Positions 1 through 11,661 of a stretch of DNA of 64,000 bases are shown in pieces. Location: assembly GCA_038087875.1 (NCBI GenBank), contig CM075993.1, forward strand, positions 7,566,001 to 7,630,000, in the 5' to 3' direction. The DNA comes from Malacoraja senta (lineage: Eukaryota). The translations under genes and the position numbers were made by a program. Within the stretch, counting starts at the first letter, position 1, and the number at the start of each line of letters is the position of its first letter. The notes under the pieces are model-generated. The model was not told the origin of the DNA. It ran no database searches and saw nothing but the letters and a program-made list of their open reading frames with translations.

Positions 1-179
1 TCCCTGTGATCCGGGTTCTGAAATTCCAAGGGAATTATACCTGGAATTTACGGAAACATAGTCATAGAGGACGGAAACAGGCCCTTCTCCCAGCCTGTCC
101 GTGCCGACCAAAGACCCAATCTAAGCCTCTGTAAACGATACCTAGTGTGTAGGGATGGATGTGGATACCATAGAATGAG

Positions 180-314
180 TGTGAAGGAAGGAACTGCAGA
201 TGCTGCTCTAAATCGAAGATAGACACAAAATGCTGGAGGAACTCAGCGGGACAGGCAGCATCTCCGGAGAGAAGGAATGGGTGACGTTTCGGGTCGAGAC
301 CCTTCTTCAGACCC
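180..314 (-). mobile_element. Penelope-derived short repeat carrying the hammerhead (representative of dozens of copies)
   Basis: The same unit (gaaggaactgcagatgctg...gagtaactcagcggg...gtgacgtttcgggtcgagacccttcttcagac) recurs throughout the window, e.g. near 4875, 5945, 18105, 29110, 37400, 45370 and 52920. Confidence 0.8.
279..314 (-). ncRNA. Minimal type I hammerhead ribozyme motif (representative copy, Penelope-derived repeat)
   Basis: GGGU-CUGAAGA-A-GGGUCUCGACCC-GAAA-CG-UC-ACCC: core CUGANGA/GAAA, stem II GGGUC/GACCC, stem I GGGU/ACCC, palindromic ACGU in place of stem III, GUC cleavage triplet. Confidence 0.7.
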
Positions 315-793
315 TTCTCCGGTTTCCTCCCGCTCTCCAAAGGCGCGCGGGTTTACAGGGTGACTGTAAATCGCCCCAACGTGTGCGAGGAGTGGATGCG
401 AAAGTGGGAAAGCAGGAAGAGTGATCGATGGTGGGGCCGAAGGGCCTGTTTCCCCATCACTGAACCAAACAAGTTTGGCCAGCAAACTTGGATTATGAGT
501 TTACCTTGGCATCAGGCACGGCATGGACATTGTGGCCCTTCGGCCCACAATGTCCATGCCGTACCTGATGCCAAGGTAAACTCATCTCGTCTCACTGCCC
601 TGCATGGCCATGTGCCCCGTGTCAAAGCCCCATTAAGTAAGTCAGTAAGTAAGTTTATTGGCCAAGTATTCACATACAAGGAATTTGCCTTGGTGCTCCG
701 CCCACAAGTAACAACATGACATACAGTGACAGTTACGAATGACTCAGAAAACACTAAACATTAATAATAATAATAATAAATACTGCCAGGTAC

Positions 794-894
794 CTGCACG
801 ATCTCCAGTTGCCTCTGCAGCAGCTGGTTCTGTAACTGACTGCCCTGAGTCTGCCTCAGCAGCTCCGCCAACGCCCTGTCCTTGGCCTCCAGCT
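794..894 (-). CDS. Uncharacterised coiled-coil gene, coding exon 7 (last visible; gene continues beyond the window start)
   Basis: acag acceptor, gtacc donor, 101 nt. Reads (E)LEAKDRALAELLRQTQGSQLQNQLLQRQLEIVQ; the phase-1 junction matches the preceding exon. Confidence 0.85.
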
Positions 895-970
895 CTGTGT
901 TAACGACATGGTTATGTACGCAGTCTCACAGTATACAGTATATTATATAGTACACACTCACGCTGTATAC

Positions 971-1453
971 TAGGGTTGCCAACTGTCCCGTATATTGGGC
1001 TAAATAGGTTTGTCCCGTACGGGACCGCCCTTGTCCCGTATTTGACTGCTGCTACTACTCGGGTCGAGGGGGACTGTCGCGTCCGGCCCCGCCTCACCCG
1101 TCCCGACATAGCGCAGCCCATGGAGTGCAGCAGCAGCAGCAGCAGCGCCTCGCCCGTGGCCCCGTCGGTCGGTCGGTCGGCAGCCCGGCCAGCTGTCCGA
1201 CCTTCGGACCTTCGCTTACCGCCGATACCACCACCACCACCACCCCTCCTTCTCATGATTCATGAGTTGGACGGGACGCTGGACTTTGCGCGCGGCCCGG
1301 GCCGAAAACTCCTCAGCTGGCCCACCGGCTGGGCTTTGTGTGCAGTCCAGCACCCCCCGGGCCAACTCATCGTTCACCCACCCAGCCACGGCCGAGTCGG
1401 TCAACGAATTGCCGTCGGGAATTTGTCCCGTATTTTGACCTTTTGTCCCCCGG
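971..1453 (+). mobile_element. hAT-like MITE fragment
   Basis: Begins TAGGGTTGCCAAC with tgtcccgta subterminal repeats; homologous in inverted orientation to 6975-7515. Confidence 0.7.
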
Positions 1454-1549
1454 TTTGTGTGTGGCCTCAGGGGAGAGAGGGGGGGGGGGGAGTAGGACAA
1501 GTGGGGGGGGGGTTAGGGGGAAGAAGTGAGAGGAGGAGAGTTGTGTAGC

Positions 1550-1856
1550 TAGTTTAGTTTAGTTTAGTTTAGAGATGCAGCGCGGAAACAGACCCTTCGG
1601 CCCATCGAGTCGATGCCGACCAGCGATCCACGCACACTAACACTATCTTACACACACTAGGGACAATTTACAATTTTACCGACGCCAATTAACCTCAGAC
1701 CTGTACGTCTTTGGAGTGTGGGAGGAAACCGGAGTTCCAGGAGAAAACCCAAGGGAGAACATGCAAACTCCGTACAGACAGCGCCCATAGTCAGGATCGA
1801 ACCCGTGTCTCTGGTGCTGTAAGGCAGCAACTCTACTGCTGCACCACCCTGCCGCC
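1550..1856 (-). mobile_element. HE1-like SINE
   Basis: Full-length reverse copy with (tttag)n on the plus strand. Confidence 0.85.
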
Positions 1857-1861
1857 CCTAT

Positions 1862-2763
1862 AGGGAGGTTGCACGGCAGTGGGGTCACGACCCATGACCC
1901 GTACTGTTGCTACGCTACGCCAACTGGAGTACACGCGATGAACTGCAGGTAAGCACTGACCATTGTTTCCAGTGTAGCGGGCCCGTTAAAACCCGCCGAA
2001 ATTGTCAATTTTTGCGTTGTAAATAAATATGGAAATCGGGATAAGTGTGAGAGACATTTAGCCTACTTCAGAATTCCAAAAGTGAGGAGAAATGACGGTA
2101 GATAGAAGCGAGAGCTGAAGGGACAACAACAGCCAAAGTGCTTGGCGAACCTTGGCCGTTTGCTCACTGCATTTCATCAACAGTAAGGCATTATTTGTGT
2201 TTTTTCTTGATTCCTTTGGCATCTAAAAAGTTTCAGAAGTGATAAATCTGGCTGTAAAATTTTAAAATCGCCCATGGTTCTCAAGTGGGTTTTTACATAC
2301 AAAAAAAACCCGCCTCTGAAGCAAAATTTACAGCCAGATTTAACACTTCTGAGACTTCTTAGATACCAAAGGAATCAAGAAAAACCCACAAATAATGCCT
2401 TACTGTTGATGAAATGCAGTGAGCAAACGCGATAATTCCCAATATTTCCAATTCCGATATCTGCACGGCCAATGTTCGCCAAGCAGTTTAGCTGCTGTTG
2501 TCCCTCCAGCTCTCGCTTCTCTTTACCTTCATTTCGCTTCACTTTTGGAATTCTGAAGTTGGGTACATGTCTCTCACACTTACCCCGACTTCTACAATTT
2601 TTTACAGTGAAAAAATCCAACATTTTGGCGGTTTTTAACAGGTAGGAAAGTACGCGTTTCGTTTATTAACAACATATACCGGAAGCTGCGATGTCCTCCA
2701 GATGGATTGAGCGGCTCCGTGCGTCAAGCCCTATGACCCTATGACCTTACGTGCAACCCCCCT
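1862..2763. mobile_element. Non-autonomous foldback DNA transposon with THAP-domain remnants (ISL2EU-like)
   Basis: TIRs AGGGAGGTTGCACG / CGTGCAACCCCCCT, with AT dinucleotide flanks at 1860-1861 and 2764-2765. Both arms encode a THAP-like peptide (FRIPKV...RVCSLHF). Confidence 0.7.
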
Positions 2764-3303
2764 ATGGAAGGTTACAAGAGGTAAATGCTGGGATTCACCA
2801 TGGACACGTCCGCGGTTGTCACCAATACTCTGTGCAGGTGCCGGCTGTGGGATCTTGCTGTGCATAACATGGCCGCTAATAATATTTAATTGGCCTTTTC
2901 AGAATGTCCGTAAAGATTGGTGCAGAAGCGTTAGAGAAACTCACAATAAACACAAACTGCTGGAGTAACTCAGCGGGACAGGCAGCATCTCTGGAGGGAA
3001 GGAACGGGTGACGTTTCGGGTTGACTGAAAGTCACGGGAAAAGGAAATGAGAGATGCAGACGATGATGTAGAGAGATAAAGAACGATGAATGAAAGATAT
3101 GCAAAAAGTGTAACGATGATAAAGGAAACTTGGTAGCTGTTTGTTGGGTGAAAACGAGAAGCTGGTGCGGCTTGCGTTGGGGGGGGGGATGGGGTGGATG
3201 GAGAGAAAGGGAATGCCGGGGTTTCCTGAAGTTAGAGAAATCGATATTCATAACACTGGGCTGTAAGCTGCCCAAACTCAGGTCCCGTTCTCTGTCTCCT
3301 TAC

Positions 3304-3389
3304 CATTCTGGGCCTCCTTCAGCTTCTGCCTCAGCTGCGAGATGTTTTCCTTGGCCTGGTTTATGGACTTTTCCAGCTTCTTCCGACTT
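3304..3389 (-). CDS. Uncharacterised coiled-coil gene, coding exon 6
   Basis: tttag acceptor, gtaag donor, 86 nt. Reads (G)SRKKLEKSINQAKENISQLRQKLKEAQN(E); phases 2/1 fit both neighbours. Confidence 0.88.
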
Positions 3390-3440
3390 CTAAATGGAAG
3401 CAACCACAAGGAGACGTGAGCCTACAAACACACATCTAAG

Positions 3441-3740
3441 GGCGGCCACGGTGGCCCAGCGGTAGAGTTGCTGCCTTACAGCGCTTGCGGCGCCGGAGAC
3501 CCGGGTTCGATCCCGACTACGGGTGCTGTCTGTACGGAGTTTGCACGTTCTCCCCGTGACTTTTCTCCAAGATCTTCGGTTTCCTCCCACACTCCAAAGA
3601 CGTACAGGTTTGTAGGTAAGCTGGCTTGGTAAATGTGCGTGTGTGTATAGGATAGTGTTAATGTGTGGGGATCGCTGGTCGGCGCGGACCCGGTGGGCCG
3701 AAGGGCCTGTTTCTGCGCTGTATCTCCAAACTAAACTAAA
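3441..3740 (+). mobile_element. HE1-like tRNA-derived V-SINE (representative of 30 or more full or partial copies)
   Basis: A box TGGCCCAGCGG, B box GGTTCGATCC, central ggtttcctcccac V-domain-like core, LINE-like 3' end ggtgggccgaagggcctgtttc and a (ctaaa)n tail. Confidence 0.85.
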
Positions 3741-5193
3741 GTACAGGGTGGTGGGTGAATGGAACAAGTTGAGGCAGCAACTATCGCAACATTTAACAAA
3801 ACATCTGGACAGGTACATGGATAGGATAGGTTTAGAGAGATGTGGGCCAAATGGCCTTCTCGCCATGGAGGGAGGTCAACGCCAAACCATCCGGCCAATA
3901 AACATCAGGCAGAATGTACAGCAGCACGGTGGCGCAGCGGGTAGAACCGCTGCCTCACCCCGCCAGAGACCCGGGTTCGATCCCGACCTCGGATGCTATG
4001 TGTGTGGAGTGTGCACGTCCTCCCTGTGACTGCGTGGCTTTCCTCCAGGTACTCCGGTTTCCTTCCACATCCCAAAGACATGCGGGTTTGTAGGATATGG
4101 GGAAGATAAACACTGGGGTGCTGTAACTCAGCGGGTCAGGCAGCATCTCTTGAGGAAACAAATAGGTGATGTTTTGGGCCAGAACCCTTCATCAGTACCT
4201 GACCCGCTGAGTTATTCCAGCATTGGGTGTAAACCAGCATCTGCAATTCCTTCCTACACAGTCCTTCCTTCCTGGTGAGTAGGGAAAGGTTGAGAAAGTG
4301 GGATAACATAGAACTAGTGTGAATGGGTGATCAGTGGTCGGCAGGGACTCGATGGGTTGAAGGGCCTGTTTCCCCGCCCCATCTCTAAAGCTAAACTAAA
4401 CAGAACACAGATAAGGGGAAAGTAGAACGGGGCTGGCTGCTGCATCTCAATGATCTGATCCAATTTGTGGTGGGACCCAAAGCAAAAGAGGGCGCATCGG
4501 TTGCGTTGCTGCCTCACAGCGCCAGGGACCCAGGTTCGATCCTGACTACGGGTGCTGCCTGTATGGAGTTTGTACGTTCTTCCTGCGTGGGTTTTCTCCG
4601 GGTGCTCCGGTTTCCTCCCACACTCCAAAGACGTACAGGTTTGCAGGTTAATTGGCTTGGTAAAATTGTAAATTGTCCCCAGTGTGTGTAGGATAGCGTT
4701 AGTGTGCGGGGATCGCTGGTCGGCGCGGACTCGGTGGGCTGAAGGGCCTGTTTCCGCGCTGTATCTCCAAACAAAACAAAACTGAACTAAACCGAACTGA
4801 ACTAAAACTAAACTAATCTAAATTAAAACTAAAATTAAATTAAATTACACTAACCTAAACTAAACTTACCCTCTGTTTAAGAAGGAACTGCAGATGCTGG
4901 AAAATCGAAGGTAGACAAAAGTGCTGGAGAAACTCAGCGGGTGAGGCAGCATCTATGGAGCGAAGGAAATAGGCGACGTTTCGGGTCGAGACCTTTATTC
5001 AGACTGATGGGAGGGGGGCGGGGGGGGGGTGGGAAGAAGAAAGGAAGAGGCGGAGACAGTGGGCTGAGGGAGAGCTGGGAAGGGGAGGAGAAATCAGGGA
5101 CTACCTGAAATTGGAGAAGTCAATGGGGTGCAAACCAAAGATCCTATATAAGATCTTTGGTGTAATCTGCCCAAGCGGAATATGAGAACTTAC

Positions 5194-5303
5194 CCCTTGG
5201 TGTCTTTAGTCACTGCTGCAATGCTGTTGAATTTCTGGATTTCTTTGCTGAGATCGGCGAGCTTCAGTATTCCTTGTTCAGCCGACCATAATGCATCAGT
5301 CAC
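5194..5303 (-). CDS. Uncharacterised coiled-coil gene, coding exon 5
   Basis: ccag acceptor, gtaag donor, 110 nt. Reads VTDALWSAEQGILKLADLSKEIQKFNSIAAVTKDTK(G); phases 0/2. Confidence 0.88.
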
Positions 5304-6083
5304 CTGGATAACAGACCACAAAACAAAACGGCATGGACCTCATTACCCCAGCACTGACCCCCTGCCCACACCCTTGTAGACATTGACAGAGAATCCCCAA
5401 CTACAGATGGAGTGGATGTGGACAGGATGTTTCCACTAGTGGGAGAGTCTCGGACCAGATGCCACAGCCTCTGAATAAAAGGAAGCCCCCATTCTTTTAT
5501 CCCCCCCCACTTTCCCCTCCCCTCCAGAGTACTGATTGGGGATGATCAGCCATGATCGCATTGAATGGCAGTGCTGGCTCGAAGGGCCGAATGGCCTACT
5601 CCTGCACCTATTGCCTATTGTCTATTGTCTCCCATCCCTGTCCATCCATGTCCCTCCCTCCGATATTAGAATGATGAGGATTAGAATGGAGATGAGGAGG
5701 AATTTCTTGAGTCAGAGGGTGGTGAATCTGTGGAATTCATTGCCTCAGACGGCAGTGGAGGCCAAGTCATTGGGTATTTTTAAAGCGGAGATGGATAGGT
5801 TCTTGATTAGTAAGGGCGTCATGGGTTATGGGGAGAAGGCAGGAGAATGCGGTTGTGAGGGAAAACTAGATCAGCCATGATTGAATGGTGGAGACGACTA
5901 GACGGGCTGAATGGACTAACACTGCCCAACCTCTCCCCCTATAATAGACACAAAATGCTGGAGTAACTCAGCGGGACAGGCAGCATCTCTGGAGAGAAGG
6001 AATGGCTGACGTTTCAGGTCGAGACCCTTCTTCAGACTCCCCTATAACTCCGCTTGACACAAGACCTGGGATTAGACACCTAA

Positions 6084-6306
6084 AGGGCCTGTCCCACTTT
6101 CACGACCTAATTCACGACCTTATTTACTCGTGGACATTTTTCATCATGCTAGAAAAACGCCCCGACCTACTTGATGCCACGAGTACCTGCGACTAGCATC
6201 ACGACCTGCTACGACCTACCTACGACCTCCTACGACCTCGTGACGACCGTGCTGCGAGCATGAGTCAAGGGCAAACTCGGCAGAGGTCGTGAAAGTGGGA
6301 CAGCCC
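6084..6306. mobile_element. PIF/Harbinger-like MITE
   Basis: TIR AGGGCCTGTCCCACT with TAA flanks. Confidence 0.75.
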
Positions 6307-6798
6307 TAAACTCTCTGGAACTGACAACCTTCTGGAGTGAGAGTGCTACCGGCTGGGTGTGACGGCAGGAGGGAGGCGAGGATCGGAGTGATGGCGGGGG
6401 GGGGGGGGGTTCTGCTCCGATGATTCGGGGACATTGACCAGTGCGGCACGGTGGCGCAGCGGTAGAGTTGCTGCCTTACACCGCCAGAGACCCGGGTTCG
6501 ATCCTGACTACATTTGCCATGTGTACGGAGTTTGTACGTTCCCCCCGTGACCTGCGTGGTTCTTCTTCGAAATCATCGATTTCCTCCCACACTCCAAAGA
6601 CGCGCAGGTTTGTGGGTTAATTGGCTTGGTATCAATGTAAAATTGTCCCTAGTGTGTTAATGTGCGGGGATCGCTGGTCGGTGCGGACTCGGTGGGCCGA
6701 AGGCTTTTTTTTGCGCTGTATCTCAAATCTAAAAGGAAGCAGTGCAGCCTTGTGTCCGCCCGCACGTACGTCCCGCACTAACCTGAGGCACTTCTCAC

Positions 6799-6882
6799 CT
6801 TCAGGGCGATGTCTTCCAGCTCCAGCCTCTCCAGTGGCCCCTGGACCTCCTCGTCCACCTCCACCCTCTGTTGGCTGAAGAA
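6799..6882 (-). CDS. Uncharacterised coiled-coil gene, coding exon 4
   Basis: ctcttttcag acceptor, gtgaga donor, 84 nt. Reads FFSQQRVEVDEEVQGPLERLELEDIALK; phases 0/0. Confidence 0.85.
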
Positions 6883-6956
6883 CTGAAAAGAGAACCAGCC
6901 CTTGAACTATTGGAGCCAGCATCAGCCTCTCCACTTACCGAGCACTGGCTGCTCAA

Positions 6957-7515
6957 CTTTCTCACTCCCAAATAGTCCAGCACCCGGGGCCAACTCATCA
7001 TTCACCCAGCCACGGCCGAGTCGGTTAACGAATTGCCGTCGGGAATTTGGGACAATTTCCCGACGGCAATTCGTTGACCGACTCGGCCGTGGGTGGGTGA
7101 ATGATGAGTTGGCCCGGGTGCTGGACTGCACACAAAGCCCAGCCGGCGGGCCAGCTGAGGAGTTTTGGCCTGGGCCGCACCCCATCCAACTCATGAACCG
7201 ATGACCGGCCATGAGAAGGAGGGGTGGTGGTGGTGTCGGCGGTAAGCGAAGGTCCGAAGGTCGGACAGCTGGCCGGGCTGCCGACCGACCGACGGGGCCA
7301 CGGGCGAGGAGCTGCTGCTGCTGCTGCTGCACTCCATGGGCTGCACTACGTCGGGACGGGTGAGGCGGGGGCTGGACGCGGCGCTCCGACCCGACAGTCC
7401 CCTCGACCCGAGTAGCAGCAGTCAAATACGGGACAAGGGCGGTCCCGTACGGGACAAACCGATTTAACCCAATATACGGGATGTCCCGGCTAATACGGGA
7501 CAGTTGCCAACCCTA
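6957..7515 (-). mobile_element. hAT-like MITE
   Basis: Ends GTTGCCAACCCTA; 8-bp direct repeat ctgctcaa at 6949-6956 and 7516-7523; contains an internal inversion. Confidence 0.72.
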
Positions 7516-8707
7516 CTGCTCAACCACAGGCCTCTCCTTCTCCCCAACAACATTTGCTTTTCCATTTAATTTACTTTACATGGTATTGTCATGTGACTAG
7601 TCAGTGAAATTCTTTGCTTGTAAACCTTGCCAAGGTATGCAAATAGTCGCCCATAAAGGGCATTGACAAAGTTACAATTTCTCCCCCCTCCCCCAAGCCA
7701 GTTCCACCTTTGTTCTTCCCCCCCTCCCTCACGGCAGTCCTCGCCCCCTCCCCCATTGTCCATTGTTTATTCATTTCCCCCTATCAGGGCAAGTCTGGCA
7801 TTTGTTGCCCAGCGGGACAGGCAGCATCTCTGGAGGACATGGACATGGACAGGTGACGTTTCCTCTGCATTTTCGGGGCTGTGGGGAAGGCCAGCGTTTG
7901 ATAAGGTGCCACGTCAATGGTCATCGTGGAAAACCTCGTTGTGTAGGGGGAGAAAAGGCACAAAGTTCTGGAGTAACTCCACAGGTCGGACAGCATCTCT
8001 GGAGAACATGGATAGACATTAGACGGTACAGCGTGGAAACAGGCCCTTCGACCCGCCAAGCCGGCACCATCCTGTACGCTATCACCATCCTACACACTTG
8101 GGACAATTTACAATTTTGTCGAAGCCAAGACCTGTTGGTCTTTGGAGTGTGGGAGGAAACCGGAGAATGTACAAACTCCGTACAGACAGCACCCATGTCA
8201 GGATCGAACCTGGGTCTCTGGCGCTGTGAGGCAGCAACTCTACCGCTGGGCCATAGGTAATGTTTCTTCTGAAGGTTCCTGAACATGTAGGTTAATTGGC
8301 TTCGGTAAAAACTGTGAAGTGGGAAGGATAGTGTTGGCGTGGACTCGCTGGGCCGAAGGACCTGTTTCTGCACCGTATCTGTATCTGCATCTCTAACTCT
8401 AAACAAGGGGTTATGGGAGGAGGCAGGAGAATGGGGTTACGAGGGAAAGATAGATCAGCCATGATTGATTGGCGGAGTAGACTTGATTAGGCCTAATGGC
8501 CTAATTCTGCTCCAATCACTTATGAACAGAAACTACACGCACAGAAGCTTCTCACACATGCATCAGTATAAACAATGCATGCGCATACACCGAGAATGTA
8601 CACATACATACAATAGCTATGCACACACAGACGACACTCACACAAGCACGGCACATCGAGGGCCGTATCGAGCGTGAAGCTCATTCACGGAGCAGCTCAC
8701 AGCTTTA

Positions 8708-9016
8708 AGGGCCTGTCCCACTTTCCCGAGTTCTCCCGAGTTTTCAAACTCGCAGAATGTTCGTAACGAGGCCGTGGATATATCGTAGCGGCTCGTTATG
8801 CCAGCTGTAGGTACTCAGGGCTATATTTTTACTCGTGGACATTTTTCAACATGCTGGAAAAAACGTCCCGACTTACCTGATGCCCCGAGTACCTACGGCT
8901 GGCGTAACGAGCCGCTACGATATATCCACGGACTCCTACGGACTCGTTCCGAACATTCTGCGAGTTTGAAAACTCGGGAGAATTCGTGAATGACTCGGGA
9001 AAGTGGGACAGGCCCT
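8708..9016. mobile_element. PIF/Harbinger-like MITE
   Basis: Perfect TIR AGGGCCTGTCCCACTTTCCCGAGT; TTA TSD. Confidence 0.85.
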
Positions 9017-9059
9017 TTACAAAGCAACGATGGTCTTCGGTGGACAGACACGCACGTAC

Positions 9060-9188
9060 CTCGCTCAGCTGGGAGAGCAGCAGCTTCCTCAGCCCACACG
9101 CTCTCCGGTAACCCACGATAAACACACTGACACGTTGCTGGTACTTCCTTCTTCCCTCCGCGTCACTCAGCATGCTGTCCAACTGGCC
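9060..9188 (-). CDS. Uncharacterised coiled-coil gene, coding exon 3
   Basis: ctctctctaatacag acceptor, gtacg donor, 129 nt. Reads GQLDSMLSDAEGRRKYQQRVSVFIVGYRRACGLRKLLLSQLSE; phases 0/0. Confidence 0.85.
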
Positions 9189-9278
9189 CTGTATTAGAGA
9201 GAGCACACACAAACTCAGCGCGCAGCAACACACAAGGCCTTAGCCCACACCCACGCCTCGACTTCCTTAGAAGGCTTA

Positions 9279-9490
9279 AGGGCCTGTCCCACTTTCACAA
9301 CCTTTTTTACTTGTGGACATTTTTCATCATGCTAGAAAAACGCCCCGACCTACTTGATGCCACGAAGATAGACTCAAGTATATGTAGCATCACGGCTTGC
9401 TACGACCTCGAGACGACCATGCTGCGAGCATGAGTCAAGGGCAAACTCGGCAGAGGTCGTGAATTAGGTCGTGAAAGTGGGACAGGCCCC
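9279..9490. mobile_element. PIF/Harbinger-like MITE
   Basis: Same TIR; TTA TSD; interior homologous to 6084-6306. Confidence 0.8.
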
Positions 9491-9538
9491 TTAGGAAATT
9501 CGGTATGTCACCAACAACTCACACCAACTCTAACCAGG

Positions 9539-9848
9539 GCGGCACGGTGGCACAGGGGTAGAGTTGCTGCCTTACAGAGCTTGCAGTGCCAGAGACCCTG
9601 GTTTGATCCTGGCTACGGGTGCTGTCTGTACGGAGTTTGTACGTTCTCCCCGTGGCTGCGTGGGTTTTCTCCGAGATCTCTGGTTTCCTCCCACACTCCA
9701 AAGACGTACAGGTCTGTAGGTTAATTGGCTTGGTAAATGTAAAGTGTCCCTCGTGTGTGTAGGATATGTGTGGGGATCGCTGGCCGGCACGGACTCGGTG
9801 GGCCGAAGGGCCTGTATCCATGCTGTATCTCTCAGCTAAGCTAAACTT
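9539..9848 (+). mobile_element. HE1-like SINE
   Basis: A/B boxes, core and tail as in 3441-3740. Confidence 0.85.
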
Positions 9849-9869
9849 CTACAGAAGCCCCGTAAAAAA

Positions 9870-10160
9870 AACCTTTTTATCCGGATGCATCACAGCACGG
9901 TTTGTGATCAGCTCCATCCAGGACCGCAAGAAATTGCAGAGAATAGTGGACGCAGCCCGGACCATCGCACAAACCAACCTCCCTTCCATTGACTCCATCT
10001 CCACCTCACTCTGCCTCAGCAAGGCCAGCAGCATAATCAAGGGCGAGTCTCACCCCGGTCACTCCCTCTTGCCCCATCGGGCAAGAGGTACAGAAGCGTG
10101 AAAACGCTCACCGACCGATTCAGGGACAGTTTCTTCCCAGCTGTTATTAGGCAACTGAAC
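9870..10160 (+). mobile_element. Rex1/Babar-like LINE C-terminal fragment
   Basis: SGCITA.F...DRKKLQRIV..A...ESHPGHSL motif. Confidence 0.65.
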
Positions 10161-11027
10161 TGAACTCTCATCAGCTAGAAAGCAGTCCTGAGCTACCATC
10201 TACCTCATTGGAGACCCTGGGATTATCTTTAATCAGGCTTCACTGGAATTTATCTTGGACTAAATGTCATTCCGTTATCATGTATCTGCACACTGTGGAC
10301 GGCTCAATTGCAATAATGTCGTGTTTTCTGACTGGTTAGCATGCAACAAAAAGCTTTTCACTGTACCTCGGTACATGTGACAATAAACTAACGTCATAGT
10401 GTAGGAAGGAACTGGTTTAAACCGAAGATAGACACAAAAACCTGGAGTAACTCAGCGGGCCAGGCAGCATCTCTGGAGAGAAGGAATGGGTGACGTTTTC
10501 GGTTCTTTGGAGTGTGGGAGGAAACCAGAGATCTCAGATACACTTCTGAAGAAGGGTATCGACACCTATTCCTTCTCTCCAGAGATGCTGCCTGACCCGC
10601 TGAGTTTCTCCAGCTTTTTGTGTCTATCTTTGACTAAAGTGGTAGCCTCGTTGTTGAGTGGAGAGCTTGAAACGGCTCCTGCGCTGAAGGTATGCGGTTG
10701 TACTGAGGGCCAGGCTGCGTGGGTTGAGTTAATTATTTACATCCCAGTGTATGGGAGATTGTTTCACAGTGTTCCCGCCAAGATTTATCCCTCAATCTCT
10801 TTACAGCCTGCGTCGATCATTCTGTAGAGCATCGCATCAGACTCTCAATCACAGGGTCAACAATTCAAGTTTCTGTCCAGCCACTGAGTTTAAACCCTAA
10901 AACATGATATGGATCGCAGGCAGACAGATGAAATCAGTTTAATTTCGTCACGAACATTGTGCTGTACAGTTCTATATAAATCCCAGGGCCTGATAAAATA
11001 CAACGTATAATTTAACAAGTCAAGTCC

Positions 11028-11340
11028 ACAGTGGCGCAGCGGTAGAGTTGCTGCCTCACGGCGCCAGGGACCCAGGTTCGATCCCTCGACTGCGGTTGCC
11101 ATCTGTGCGGAGTTTGTACGTTTTCTCCCCGTGAACTGCGTGGGTTTTCTCCAGCAGCTCCGGTTTCCTCCCACTCTCCCAAGACGTACAGGTTTGTAGG
11201 TTAATTGGCTTCGGTAAAATTGTAAATTGTCCCTAGTGTGTGTAGGACAGTGTTTAGTGTGCGGGATCGCTGGTCGGCGCGGACTCGAGTGGGCCGACGG
11301 GCCCGTTTCCACTCTGTGTCTCTAAACTAACACAAAACTA
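11028..11340 (+). mobile_element. HE1-like SINE
   Basis: A/B boxes, core and tail as in 3441-3740. Confidence 0.85.
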
Positions 11341-11532
11341 AGTCCTTTCAGTTAGCCAACATTTGGGTAAATTGGCCAGCAAGAACTAGAATCAAAATGA
11401 TTGATAAAGCCTTACAAAGCCAGGTTACATATTATGGAGAGGAATGTTGGTCGGCTGTTGTTTACCCTAAATAATGCTGCTTTGTCCACTTGTCCACACA
11501 CTATTGATGTGCCTTATCAATGGCTCATCCCC

Positions 11533-11546
11533 GTATCCATGGCAAC
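11533..11546. promoter_or_regulatory. Candidate RFX X-box
   Basis: GTATCCATGGCAAC (reverse GTTGCCATGGATAC) matches the palindromic RFX X-box consensus and lies in unique intronic sequence. Confidence 0.5.
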
Positions 11547-11661
11547 AACCACAGGGCCTCCATTATTGAGCATGGCTGCTCCCTCTCATATCTTACTCCA
11601 TTTCTATTGGTATTTACTTGACTCACAACAAAACATTTTGTAAAGACCACACACAACGTAC

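Noticed and set aside
3441..3520. tRNA-like A/B boxes
   Set aside because: These are SINE heads, not tRNA genes: no complete cloverleaf, and followed by the SINE body.
971..7515. A 6.5-kb composite hAT element capturing three exons, suggested by TAGGGTTGCCAAC at 971 and an inverted terminus at 7515
   Set aside because: The outer 8-bp flanks differ (ctgtatac vs ctgctcaa), and the right copy has its own ctgctcaa duplication, so these are two independent insertions.
10720..10830. Possible extra exon of the coiled-coil gene
   Set aside because: Weak splice signals and stops in the tested frames; not needed for phase continuity.
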